The position numbers were made by a program, and so were the translations under genes. DNA of 64,000 bases from the NCBI RefSeq assembly GCF_006345805.1, contig NC_043013.1:17980001-18044000 (forward strand), written 5' to 3'. Shown here in pieces: positions 10,559 to 22,711 of the stretch (within the stretch, counting starts at the first letter, position 1; every line of letters begins with the position of its first letter). The notes beneath the pieces are model-generated. The model was given only the letters and a program-made list of their open reading frames with translations. It searched no databases and was not told where the DNA came from. The stretch is from Octopus sinensis (lineage: Eukaryota).

Positions 10559-11369
10559 TTAAACTTTTCTCTGGACACTATGAGTTGTTGTGTCACCTTC
10601 AAAAGGGACATAACTATGTATGCTTCATCCTAGCAAAAGCTGTGAGTCTGCACACACTCCATTTTATACATCACATCATCATTTTCATTTTACATCAAAT
10701 CGCACTTTGCCGTCTTAAATAAAGAAATACACATTGAATAATAAATCCTAGAAACATCGAAATCAGATTATCTTTGGTTGCAAGTCTACTCAATCAATAT
10801 TTACCTAGGGTTAAACAACTTTAAAATGCTTCAGCTGGTGAAACTCATCATTTTACAAATTTCTTCCTCCACTCTCTTTGGAGGTTTCACAGAATACGAA
10901 CACATTAGTCTCTGATCCAGTAAATCTATGATTCAGATGCATTCCAGCCATGACCATTCCGTCTTAAGAGTATACAGGACCACATTATCTAATTCTGTTT
11001 GTCTTTTTTTATTGTTAACACTTAGGTGAGATTTGTGTGAGATACTTGTAACTTGTCGTAGGTTGAGTGTGACTGCATTCAGACTTTCTCCTTGGTGGAA
11101 TGAAGATATTGAGAATGAGAGGTGTCAGTCAGTCACCACAACTACTTAAGGGGCTTGTCACTCCTGTTTGATTGTGCAACTACACATGTAGGTGCAGGCC
11201 AGAGCCTTCTCCCTACCATCAATATATACACCAGGAAAGGCCACAGTTGTGGGCTGGTACATCTTGGCACCAGAGGGGTTTTATAGTGTTTGTGTTTGGA
11301 TGCAAAGAGCATCAATACCACAAGGTGTCTTTCCTGACCTGCTCACACTTTCAGCCAGTCTGCTACCTT

Positions 11370-11700
11370 GGATTTATCTTTTGCTTGTTTCAGGCATTGG
11401 GCTGTGGCCATGCTGGGGCACTGCTTTCAATGGTTTCAGTTAAACAGATTGTCCTCAGTACATACTTTATTATTTTTAAGTCTAGTACTTATTCTATTAG
11501 TTCTTTTGCTGAACTGCTAAGTTATGGGAATATAGACAAACAAGAACCAATTGTCAAGCAGTGGTGGTGATGGAGGAACAAATGCAGACACACACACATA
11601 CATGCACATATACAATGGGCTTCCACACAGTTTCCATATACCAAATTTACTCACAAGGCATTAGTCAGCCCAGAGCTGTAGTAGAAGACACTAGTCCAAA
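11370..11700 (-). mobile_element. tRNA-derived SINE family A, degraded copy
   Basis: Matches family A tail (GGCCATGCTGGGGCAC) and body (GAACTGCTAAGTTATGGG, CACTCACAAGGC). Confidence 0.7.
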
Positions 11701-11733
11701 GTCCTGGTTACTATCAACCCCTGAAAGGATTAA

Positions 11734-11953
11734 CCCTTTCATTATGAACCCGGTTGAAACCGGTTCTGGCTCTGTGGTAAAATGTCTTGTTTTCATAAGT
11801 TTTGAATTAAAATCTTCCACCAAACCTTAGTCACAATTTATGTTGCTAACACTAGCTTAATGATAACTAAGTTATTTTACTAAAATTTTTGTTATATTTA
11901 AAGTAATTGAAAGAAACACTGAACATCTCAAAATAAATACAGTAACGAAACGG
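11734..11953. mobile_element. piggyBac-type MITE family 1, nested in a SINE B fragment
   Basis: TTAA TSDs at 11730-11733 and 11954-11957; the flanks rejoin as ...GAAAGGATTAAAGGCAAAGTCGAC, the SINE B consensus. Confidence 0.85.
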
Positions 11954-12120
11954 TTAAAGGCAAAGTCGACTTTGGCAGGATTTGAACACAGAGCATGCTT
12001 AGGATCAGATCAAATACCATTAGGCATTCTATCTCACATTCTAAAGACTCTGCTAAATTTGTTCTAACCAATCCCGGCTGTGAAGAACTAACCAAGATGC
12101 CTGTACTTCTCTTCTTGCAG

Positions 12121-12207
12121 GGTTCCAGTGTAAAGTACAGTCCTCAGAGAGTTGGAATCCAACACCAGATGCACCACGATGATGTTATTCAAATTGTGAA
12201 GAAATGA
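12121..12207 (+). CDS. DRG2: DRG2 final coding exon
   Basis: GSSVKYSPQRVGIQHQMHHDDVIQIVKK*, the DRG C-terminus; ttgcag acceptor; TGA at 12205-12207. Confidence 0.95.
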   Translation, partial: GSSVKYSPQRVGIQHQMHHDDVIQIVKK

Positions 12208-12516
12208 ACAGAGACTTTCCATGCATTACTTGTTGTTGTTGTTATTGTCGCTGTTCGGCTTCTCACTTGCTCTCTTTCTTTCCTTCTTTCTTCCCTGCGC
12301 AAATATGAAAAAGATAAAAATAAAAGACGAAAACAATAACCCCTTTAATCCCTTTTTCTCCCTGGAATTTCTCTGTTTCACTTTGAGCTCCTCTGCTACT
12401 ACTACTACTACAACTACTACTAATAATAATAAGGATGATGCAAGCAATACAATGCACAAGAAAATACAAAACCTGTTTCTACTGGTTTGCTTTCTCTTCA
12501 TTATTTCCCATCTTTA

Positions 12517-12596
<80 letters not shown>

Positions 12597-12598
<2 letters not shown>

Positions 12599-12772
12599 CT
12601 TTATAATTAGGGTTCAGCAAAGATTTGCTTTACCACATACCGAAGTTTAGAAATAGCAGCGAAAAAACTTAGCTATTTCTTCTACTTTAGCTATTTGGCT
12701 ATTTTTTGGCTGCTATTTCTAAACGTCGGTATGTGGTAAAGCAAATCTTTGCTGAACCCTAATTATAAAGTA
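12597..12772. repeat. 64-bp inverted repeat (1 mismatch) with 48-nt spacer, downstream of the DRG2 stop
   Basis: 12597-12660 is the reverse complement of 12709-12772 at 63/64 positions; abuts (CT)n(TA)n. Confidence 0.9.
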
Positions 12773-12867
12773 TTACTTAAGTTTACCGTGAAATGGTCCT
12801 TTTTCATGCCGAATTCTACTTGGTGAAATTATTGATTATTTCTTAATTAATTAATTTTACCCTTTGT

Positions 12868-12913
<46 letters not shown>

Positions 12914-13451
12914 GTGTGTGCGTATATAATGTCATCATTGTTGTTTGAATGTCTACCTTTCCATGCTTGCCTGGGTCAGACGGAATTTATTGAGGCAGAT
13001 TTTCTATCGTTAGACGCTCTCCCTGTCATTCCACCCTCACTTACTTCCAAGCAAAATTGTCGTATTTCTCCTGATCCTGTAAACACGAACAGCACAAATG
13101 GCTGGGTATATTCTTCTTGGAATATTGCAAACAAATGACACTGCTTAATATGAGTGACATTTGTTTACACTTAATGCACAAAATATAGATAAGGAGATAC
13201 GAACACTCATGCATATACACACATGTGCATGTGCACACACACACACACACACACTCTCCCTCTCTCTCTCATGCACACACATATAAATGGACTGTTTTCA
13301 GTTTCTGTAAATCAAAACCTCTCACAAGGATTTGGCTGGCCCAGGGCTATAGTAGAAACACTTGCTCAATGTGCTGTGCACTGGGGCTAAACCTGAAACT
13401 ATGTGTTTGCAAAATGAACTTCTTAACCACAGAGCCATGCCTGTGTTCATT

Positions 13452-13504
<53 letters not shown>

Positions 13505-13655
13505 ATTGGATGACATTAGGAAAGGCATCCAGCTGTAGAAACCAAGCCAAAACAGACTGGAGCCTGTTGCAGCTCTCCAATGTACCAGTTCCAATCACAC
13601 CATCTTACCCATGCCAGCATGGAGAACGGATGCTAAATAATGATGAGGATGATGA
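13505..13655 (+). mobile_element. RTE 3' tail
   Basis: ATTAGGAAAGGCATCCAGCTGTAGAAAC...CCCATGCCAGCATGGAGAACGGATGCTAAATAATGATGA. Confidence 0.75.
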
Positions 13656-13780
13656 TGGCTTTCACCCAGGCGGCCCGGGTTCGATTCCTGGCATGGGAAC
13701 GCTTACTTTGAATGGCGGTGTCTCAGCATGGCCACAGCTCGTGAGCTGAAACTAGATAAAATATAAAATATAATATAATA
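13656..13780 (+). mobile_element. 5'-truncated tRNA-Glu(TTC)-derived short SINE (not a complete tRNA gene)
   Basis: TGGCTTTCACCCAGGCGGCCCGGGTTCGATTCCTGGCATGGGAA (13656-13699) is the anticodon arm, T arm and acceptor 3' strand of tRNA-Glu. It is followed by GGCGGTGTCTCAGCATGGCCACAGC...GCTGAAACTAGATAAAA, similar to the SINE A tail. Confidence 0.7.
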
Positions 13781-13789
13781 TATATATAT

Positions 13790-14100
13790 ATCACCATAAT
13801 CACCATGACTGACCAGACTATCAGATGTTGCTACACATTGCTGGTCACAATGCGCTTTGCATTGTTTTAGCCTTCAAATGACGCCACCCTGCTGGCTAAG
13901 CAAGCAGGCCAACAGAAGAAAGAGTGAAAGAAAGTTGTGGCGAAAGAGTATAGCAGGGATCGTCACCACCCTCTGCTGGAGCCTCGTAGAGCTTTAGGTG
14001 TTTTCGCTCAATAAACACTCACAATGCCCGATCTGGGAATTGAAACCGTGATCCTACAACTGCGGGTCTGCTGCCCTAACCACTGGGCCATTGCGCCTCC
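13790..14100 (-). mobile_element. tRNA-derived SINE (family D)
   Basis: On -: GGAGGCGCAATGGCCCAGTGGTTAGGGCAG (A box)...GGTTTCAATTCCC (B box), a body and a (GTGAT)-like tail. Confidence 0.7.
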
Positions 14101-14633
14101 ACACACACATGTAGTATAGATCATCCTCATCATTTAACATTTATTTTCCATGCTGGCAAGGTTGTATTATTCACCAGTTTGTATTATGCTCCAATGCCTA
14201 CTTTGGCTTGGTTTCTACACCCTGTTAACATTGGTGTTTTGTGTATGTCATGCCCCGTTTCTGTCTTGTAACTTAGTGGTTTATTGAATAGAGATTGCTA
14301 AAATATGTACCCGAGTGAAACAAGTACTAGGACACATGATCAACTAAGCAGTGACTGTGGTTAGAAAAAGAATTTTTAAAAAACCGTTTTTCTATCTATC
14401 TCTTTACTTACCTACCTATCTGCCAGTCTACCTATGTATATATTTGTCCACCTGTCTAACTTACTGTCTGAAAAACAAAAACAAAAACAATCAAGGCTTG
14501 ATATCAGGAAGGGCATCTTTCAGTGGAATACTATCATCAAAAGTTTTGTCCAATTCATGGCTGCATAGAAAAAGCTGACACAAAAAGTCAGTGAGAATAT
14601 GATGATGATGGTGTTACCTGTCTTTGTGTGTGT

Positions 14634-14676
<43 letters not shown>

Positions 14677-14989
14677 CTTGTTTGAAAGTTGAGGATTGAC
14701 TCTGTCACTACTCAGAGTTTCCTTCGAGGTGTGTTACTTGAATGTTGACATAAGCAAGAAATGAGGAGCCACAGAATGAACAATCAGCTTCAAAAGAATT
14801 GAATAAACTCTTCTACATGTAAACACTATGCAGTACTTTTCCATGTATTGAGTGCTTATTTAACTATACATGTGTGTGTGTGTGTCTGTGTATGAAGGAG
14901 AATGCTAAAATAAGTTTGGTAATTGATAATAATCAAGTAGTTCTCAGATAAATCAAAACTTAAATTCTGATTCCTTCATTGAGCGTGGG

Positions 14990-15670
14990 TGGTTCTGGTG
15001 CAGGAAGTTGGCTATGAAAATGATCTTCATGATGCAGGGATGGAAGTAAAAGGGCAGATAAAAGTATGTATATGGAGTGTACAAGGAATGATGTAATAGT
15101 CTTAACTTTACAGCTGTTTCGGATGAAACATGATTGATGCTATTACCGAGTATATAATGTTATAAAGTCCCATACTACTATAGATGTATGGAAATTGTGT
15201 TACTGTCATCAAAAGAATCTGATTATTAGCATAGTGTTTACAAATATATAAGTTTAATGGGAAGCTGCTGGAGGAGTAGAATGGTGGTGGGGGGAGATGG
15301 GAGAAGGGGGGGTAACTAAAGTGAAATTAGTGTTAGAGGGCATCAGTTGAGGTCATCCAGAAACAAGAGAGATACAGTAGTTAAGGAAATGAGCAAGAAG
15401 AAAGGGAAGTCTATCAAGGAACAGATAGTAATAGTAGATGTTTAATGGTGTAAAGTACAGAGGAAGGAGCCAGTGGTAGGTGTCTCTCAAAGTACAGCAG
15501 CAGAGATAAGAAAAGAGAGTGTAAAGTGTGGAGATAATTGGTTGATCACACCAGGATGCAGGCTATAGTGTGGGGTGGAGATGGGGGATGGTGAAATAGT
15601 CAGGAATGGGCTTGTGATGATAGTGTGGGTGTTAAGGGGTTTAAGGGGGAAGAGTTTGAGATAAAGTAAA
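14990..15670 (-). mobile_element. Highly decayed Penelope-like ORF remnant (tentative)
   Basis: The - strand gives broken peptides such as KVKTITSFLVHS, resembling the PLE RT-to-GIY-YIG linker; strongly purine-rich + strand. Confidence 0.35.
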
Positions 15671-15677
15671 TTAGGTT

Positions 15678-18600
15678 AAGGACAGAGGTACAAGATTTTC
15701 TGGGCTGGGAATACTGACGGAGTCAGGGGTGTGGGCATGCTTATCGCCGAAAAATGGGTAGATAAGGTAATCGAGGTAGTCAGAGTAAGTGACAGAATAA
15801 TTAAGATTAGATTAGTGCTCCACCATAGTTTAGCAACTATTATATCGGCCTATGCCCCTCAGCCAGGGCTACCTGATGGACAGAAAGACTGTTTCTATGA
15901 CACCCTACTGCAGACCACATCATTGACGAACGACAGGGACCTTCTCTTTGTGGCTGGTGACTTCAATGGGCATGTTGGACGATGTGCTGGGGGCTTCCAT
16001 GGCGTGCATGGAGGCTACGGTTATGGTTCCCGCAACGAGGAGGGAACCAGGCTGCTGGAGTTCTGCGATGCGAATAGTCTTATGATTTGCAACACTAACT
16101 TCAGGAAACCGACAAGCTACCTGGTCACCTACCGATCGGGCCGGCATACTAGCCAAATCGACTACATCCTTGCCAGAAAAAGGGAAAGATGGCTGCTTAT
16201 AAATGCCAAAACCTTCCCAGGTGAAGAATGCACCCCACAACATAGACTGGTAGTTAGTGACTTTAGGATCAGGACTAAGAGGGCGACTAGAAGACGACCA
16301 ACATGGAGAAGACGGGTCTGGAAGCTTAAAGACCCTGCGAATGGACAGAGATTTAGAGATATGTTATTTGAAGCCTTAGACGAAATGGAAGGGAGTATAG
16401 CTACGCATGGGGTAGAAGACAACTGGACGCTTCTGAGGGACAACCTGCTGAAAGCCGCTGACCAGATCTGTGGCTGGTGCAAAGTCCCCTTAAGACCCAA
16501 AATAACGTGGTGGTGGAACAATATTGTTGACAGGGCTATTAGACAAAAGAAACAGGCTTGGAAGGCCTGGAAGAACGGTGGTAGCAGGGAAGTGTATCAG
16601 TCTGCCAGAAGGGAAGCCAGGAGACAGGTCTATCTAGCCAGAGGGGAGGCAGATAAGGAAAAATTTGCCAATGTCCTGCGTCGTGAGGATGAAAGACTTG
16701 AGGTATTTCGTGTTGCAAGACAGTGTGTGAGAGAGAATCGTGACGTGGTGGGAAAGAAATGTGTTCGCAAGGATGACGGTTCACTTGCGCTTAATGAGGA
16801 TGCAAAGAGAGAGGCTTGAAGACGCCACTATGATAGGTTGCTGAATGAAGAAAATGAATGGGATAAAGAGAGTCTGCCGAATGTCGACCCAACAGAGGGA
16901 CCAGCAATCCGAGTTAACAGTTCCTTAGTAGATAAGGCAATTAGAAGCATGAAAACAGGGAAAGCCCCAGGCCCATCAGGAATTACTGCAGAGATGCTCA
17001 AAATATCTGGTGGTGTCGGCTATAGCTTAGTCACCCGTATAGTTAACCAGGTGATACACGAGGGGGTCATACCCAATGACTGGTGTAGCAGCATAATAGT
17101 CAACTGCTACAAAGGTAAAGGCGACGCCCTAGAGACAAATAACTACAGGGGCATCAAGCTGCTGGATCAGGTAATGAAGGTTACGGAGAGGGTTATAGCC
17201 CAACTAATTAGAGAGAGAGTTAGCTTAGATGATATGCAGTTTGGGTTCGTGCCAGGGAAAAGTACTACTGATGCTATATTCCTGGTAAGACAGCTGCAGG
17301 AGAAATACCTAGCCAAAGATAAGCCCTTGTACCTGGCTTCTGTTGACTTGGAGAAAGCCTTTGACAGGGTCCCCCGATCCCTTATCTGGTGGTCAATGAG
17401 GAAACTAGGGATAGAAGAATGGTTGGTGAGAGCTGTGCAAGCTATGTACAGAGACGCTGCTAGTAAGGTGAGGGTTGGCAACGAGTACAGTGAAGAATTC
17501 CGGGTAGAGGTTGGGTCCACCAAGGTTCAGTCCTCAGTCCCCTCCTATTTATCATAGTCCTCCAGGCAATAACGGAGGAATTCAAGACAGGTTGCCCCTG
17601 GGAGCTCCTCTATGCTGATGACCTTGCTCTAATTGCTGAGTCACTATCAGAACTGGAGGAGAAGTTTCAGGTGTGGAAACAAGGATTAGAATCGAAGGGC
17701 CTTAGAATCAACCTAGCCAAAACCAAAGTCCTAATAAGTAGGAAGGTAGATCAATCACAAACGCCTTCAGGTAGATGGCCCTGCTCGATCTGTAAAAAAG
17801 GTGTAGGTAGAAACTATAAGATGCACCAAGTGTAAGCTATGGACACATAAGAGGTGCAGCAATGTCAAAGGAAGGCTAACTAGGAAAATAGTTTTTGTCT
17901 GTGGCAAATGCTCAGGAGCAATAAACACTGGAAATGTGCAGAGACCAACTTCTGCCACGTTCCAGGGAGACAAACTAGAAGTAGTTGATAGCTTCCGCTA
18001 CCTAGGAGACCAAGTCAGTAGCGGGGGTGGGTATGCTGAAAGTGTAACTGCTAGAGTAAGAATAGCCTGGGCAAAGTTTAGAGAGCTCTTACCCCTGCTG
18101 GTGACAAAAGGCCTCTCGCTCAGAGTAAAAGGCAGACTGTATGATGCATGTGTACGTACAGCCATGCTACATGGTAGTGAAACATGGGCCGTGACTGCTG
18201 AGGATATGCGTAAGCTCGCAAGAAATGAAGCCAGTATGCTCCGATGGATGTGTAATGTCAGTGTTCATAATCGTCAGAGTGTAAGTTCCTTGAGAGAAAA
18301 GTTGAACCTAAGAAGCGTCAGTTGTGGTGTGCAAGAGAGACGGCTGCGCTGGTATGGTCATGTGACGAGAAAGGCTGAAGATAGTTGTGTGCAAAAGTGC
18401 TACACCCTAGCAGTTGAGGGAACCTGCGGAAGAGGTAGACCCAGGAAAACCTGGGACGAGGTGGTGAAGCACGACCTTCGAACTTTAGGTCTCACTAAGG
18501 AAATGTCTAGAGACCGAGACCTATGGAAGTATGCTGTGCGTGAGAAGACCCGGCAAGACTAGTCAGGCCATAACCCGTGGTCCCTACCTGGGACGTAGTC

Positions 18601-20576
18601 AGTCCTCCTGTGCATACCTTCCTTCTTGTGACACTTATGAAGACCTGTTGAGGCAAGTGAAAATCAAATCAAAACAAATCAAAATAGATGAACATCAGTG
18701 GAATTGTATTCTTTGTGGTACCAGTGCCGGTGGCACACAAGAAAACCACCCAAACGTGGCCGTAGCCAGTACCGCATCGACTGGCCTCCGTGCTGTGGGC
18801 ACAACAAACACCATCCGATCGTGGCCGTCCGCCAGCCTCATCTGGCACCTGTGTCGGTGGCACATAAAGACACCATCCGAAGACCCGGCGACGTAGTCAG
18901 TCCACCTGTGCATACCTTCCCTCTTATGACACTTGTGAAGACCTGTTGAGGCAAGTGTGTGACACTTGTGAAGACCTGTTGAGGCAGAGGCAAGTGTGTG
19001 ACACTTGTGAGACCTGTTGAGGCAGAGGCAAGTGTGTGACACTTGTGGAGACCTGTTGAGGCAGTGTGTGACACTTGTGAAGACCTGTTGAGGCAAGTGA
19101 AAATCAAACCAAATCAAAATAGATGAACATCAATGGAATTTGTATCTTTGTGGTTCCAGTACCGGTGGCACACAAGAAAACCATCCGATCGTGGCCGTTC
19201 GCCAGCCTCATCTGGCACCTGTGTCGGTGGCACATAAAAACACCATCCGAAGACCCGGCGACGTAGTCAGTCCACCTGTGCATACCTTCCTACTTATGAC
19301 ACTTGTGAAGACCTGTTGAGGCAAGTGTGTGACACTTGTGTAGACCTGTTGAGGCAAGTGAAAATCAAAATCAAATCAAATCAAATCAAACCAAATCAAA
19401 ATAGATGAACATCAATGGAATTTGTATCTTTGTGGTACCAGTACCGGTGGCACACAAGAAAACCATCCGAACATGGCCGTAGCCAGTACCGCATCGACTG
19501 GCCTCTGTGATGTGGGCACATAACAAACACCATCCGATCGTGGCCGTCCACCAGCCTCATCTGGCACCTGTGTCGGTGGCACATAAAAACACCAACCGAA
19601 GACCCGGCAAGACTAGTCAGGCCATAACCCATGGCCCCTACTTGGGACGTAGTCAGTCCACCTGTGCATACCTTCCTTCCTTCTTGTGACACTTGTGAAG
19701 ACCTGTTGAGGCAAGTGAAAATCAAATCAAATCAAATCAAATCAAAATAGATGAACATCAATGGAATTTGTATCTTGTGGTACCAGTGCTGGTGGCACAC
19801 AAGAAAACCATCCGAACGTGGCCGTAGCCAGTACCGCATCGACTGGCCTCCGTGCTGTGGGCACGCAACAAACACCATCCGATCGTGGTCGTTCGCCAGC
19901 CTCATCTGGCACCTGTGTCGGTGGCACATAAAAACACCATCCGAAGACCCGGCAAGACTAGTCAGGCCATAACCCGTGGCCCCTACCTGGGACGTAGTCA
20001 GTCCACCTGTGCATACCTTCCTTCTTGTGACACTTGTGAAGACCTGTTGAGGCAAGTGAAAATCAAATCAAATCAAAACAAATCAAAATAGATGAACATC
20101 AATGGAATTTGTATCTTTGTGGTACCAGTGCCGGTGGCACACAAGAAAATCATCCGAACGTGGCCGTAGCCAGTACCGCATAGACTGGCCTCCGTGCTTT
20201 GGGGACGTAACAAACACCATCCGATCGTGGCCGTCCGCCAGCCTCATCTGGCACCTGTGTCGGTGGCACATAAAAACACCATCCGAGCGTGGCCGTCTGC
20301 CAGCCTCGTCTGGCACCTGTGTCGGTGGCACATAAAAACACCATCCGAGCGTGGCCGTTCGCCAGCCTCGTCTGGCACCTGTGTCGGTGGCACATAAAAT
20401 CACCCACTACACTCTCGGAGTGGTTGGCATTAGGAAGGGCATCCAGCTGTAGAAACACTGCCAGATCTGACTGGCCTGGTGCAGCCTTCAGGCTCCCCAG
20501 ACCCCAGTTGAACCGTCCAACCCATGCTAGCATGGAAAACGGACGCTAAATGATGATGATGATGATGATGATGATG
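15678..20576 (+). mobile_element. RTE-clade LINE, 5'-truncated within the APE endonuclease, with expanded 3' UTR
   Basis: APE motifs (YKIFWAG, SAYAPQ, AGDFNGHVG, SQIDYIL, QHRLV) and RT motifs (GKAPGPSGI, YRGIKLL, YADD 17611-17622); ORF ends EKTRQD* at 18562. Lesions: TGG>TGA at 16817 and frameshifts near 17515 and 17815. (GAT)n tail to 20576. Confidence 0.95.
18544..20400 (+). repeat. Hierarchical tandem array in the RTE 3' UTR (5 units of ~335-370 bp with nested ~30-bp and ~60-bp subrepeats)
   Basis: GAAGACCCGGC at 18544, 18879, 19249, 19598, 19943; GTGAAAATCAAA at 18657, 19097, 19358, 19715, 20056. Confidence 0.9.
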
Positions 20577-20819
20577 GTTGGAGCATAAGGATTTAACCTT
20601 TTAGCATCTAATCTGGCCATGTCTAACCCAAATATTCTACCAGTTTTATGTTAAAACTGACCAAATCTTACTTCTCACACATACCTTACAATGTCATTCT
20701 AAAAATATACAAACACGCCATTGAAATCTTGAAGCTACAAGATAATCCATGATTAATTCAAAACAATGTGAATAAATAAGCAATACATGTGACAAACCAG
20801 AATGCAAATGGGTTACGGT

Positions 20820-21230
20820 AAAGTGATTTGAAATTTAAGTGACTGGAGATGGCCAGTTTGTTCAAGTGACCTAGAGGTGGCCAGTTTGTGAGCTGGAGGG
20901 GTGACTAGTTTGTTTAAATAACTGAGAGATGACCAGCTTAAGTGATATGGAGTTGGTCAGTTTGATTAAGTGACCTAATGATCTCTTCATGTGACTTTGA
21001 GTTGACCAGTTTGTGAACTGGTGGGATAACCAGTTTAAGTGACCAGGAAAGGGTCAGTTTATTTAAGTAACCTAGACATGAGCAGTTTTTTTTTTGAGCC
21101 ACCTGGAGATGACCAGTTTAAGTGATTTGGAGGATGATCCGATTGAGTGATCCAATTTACAGGTTGCTTAAGTGACTTGGAGATGGCCAGTTTACTTAAA
21201 TGACTTGAAAATTTACTTGGAGATAACCAC
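20820..21230 (+). repeat. Degenerate ~25-30-bp minisatellite (AAGTGAC.TGGAGATGRCCAGTTT)
   Basis: More than ten diverged copies of the motif are visible in tandem. Confidence 0.75.
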
Positions 21231-22286
21231 AACCACAACCACCACCATCCTTTGAAATGTCTTGTCATGGGTCTTATGGAAGAAATTTATAATTTTGTAT
21301 CAGTTATTGCTTGTTTGTTTTCAAGAGAGAGTATGAACTCACTCCATTGACTCTTAAATATTCCCGCTTTATGCACAAGCACAATTCGCACACACATGCT
21401 TCATTTTAAAGTTCAAGCAGAACATCAATCATACAAATCTTACCTCTCCCTCCTCTCACTTTCATGACCATTGTGCATACAGTTCGCTATCTGCAGTAGA
21501 GTTTTTAAGTAAATTTTGAACTGATAGCTAATATACTGGTGTTTGTTTGTGTTCATTATGTTTATATCTAATATTGTCACTGGACTCTGTTCCCATCAAG
21601 CCCTCTCCATCTCTTGTCTTCCTAATACACATCCTTCTATCACTCCTCTAAGTATGGCACTGTTCAGCTGCTGTAGATCATATGGGAGCAGAATTGACCT
21701 ATTTCGTCCTCTTTTGTGCTACAAGTTAACCTTCTCCTCTCCTTGGATCCACTTTTAAAATCTATCCTTGAATCTCAATATCATTGCTCCCCACTTTATT
21801 TTCCACCAGTAACCTATATAGTCATGGACATGATTTGATACACACACACACACATCTTCCCAGTTACTACTACTCAACTATAATGTGGGGTACTCGCGTG
21901 CCTCCTCTATTGCAAGGCACCTATTCTTGTCCCCCTCAGTGCTTGCTCCACTTCCCTAATAACCCACACCCATCTTCTTACTCATGTTTTTGTTCTTTGT
22001 CTTGCAATTTACTAAGCAACCACACTAGTGGCAGTGACACAAAAAAAGAAGCACCCAGTACATCCCGAAAGGTGGTTGGTATATACTACTTCAGTCAGTC
22101 TAGTTTGAAATGCTAAGTTATGGGACAAAGGGGCATGCAACACACACACACACTCTCTCTTTTGATTTGATTTGGTCTAGTTTCAACTCATTAGCTGTGA
22201 ACATGCTGGGGCACCACCATATATATATATACTGACTTTCGGTATGAGGTCTAGCAACCTGTTGCTAAGACCCTCATTGTTATAAT

Positions 22287-22323
<37 letters not shown>

Positions 22324-22711
22324 ATATACGATGTCTTTTTGAGATTTTGGATATAGATATGATATTTATGGGTTTACAAAAATAATTTGGTTCCAATTAG
22401 GTGGAGAGAGCTTCAAATTTGGTTGTTAACTGAGTTCTTTGTTTATTTTAAATAGAAAAGAAAATACCAGGAAGAAAGAAAATCAACAATCAAGCTAATT
22501 GTTTTATTCTCAGATTTGAAAGAAAATCTTCAAATTGTCTATTTCAATTCAAAAAGATGTATGTGTTTTGTGTGTAGGTGTATGTCAAATGCAAACAAGA
22601 TAGCATTAGACAAACTATACGAACTCTAGGCTGAAGGTTATACACACACGTGCTTCAATGAATACATATATCCATGCAAGGGCATGCTTATATATCTATA
22701 CATCACATAAC

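Noticed and set aside
13656-13699. tRNA-Glu(TTC) gene
   Set aside because: The acceptor 5' strand and D arm (A box) are missing, there is no T-run terminator, and it continues into a SINE-type tail.
18930-19097. CRISPR-like look of short direct repeats (also 20215-20400)
   Set aside because: The repeats are head-to-tail without unique spacers, lie in a LINE 3' UTR in eukaryotic DNA, and there are no cas genes.
18531-20549. Cluster of overlapping 60-140 aa ORFs
   Set aside because: By-products of the GC-richer tandem RTE 3' UTR array; stops and frames vary between units.
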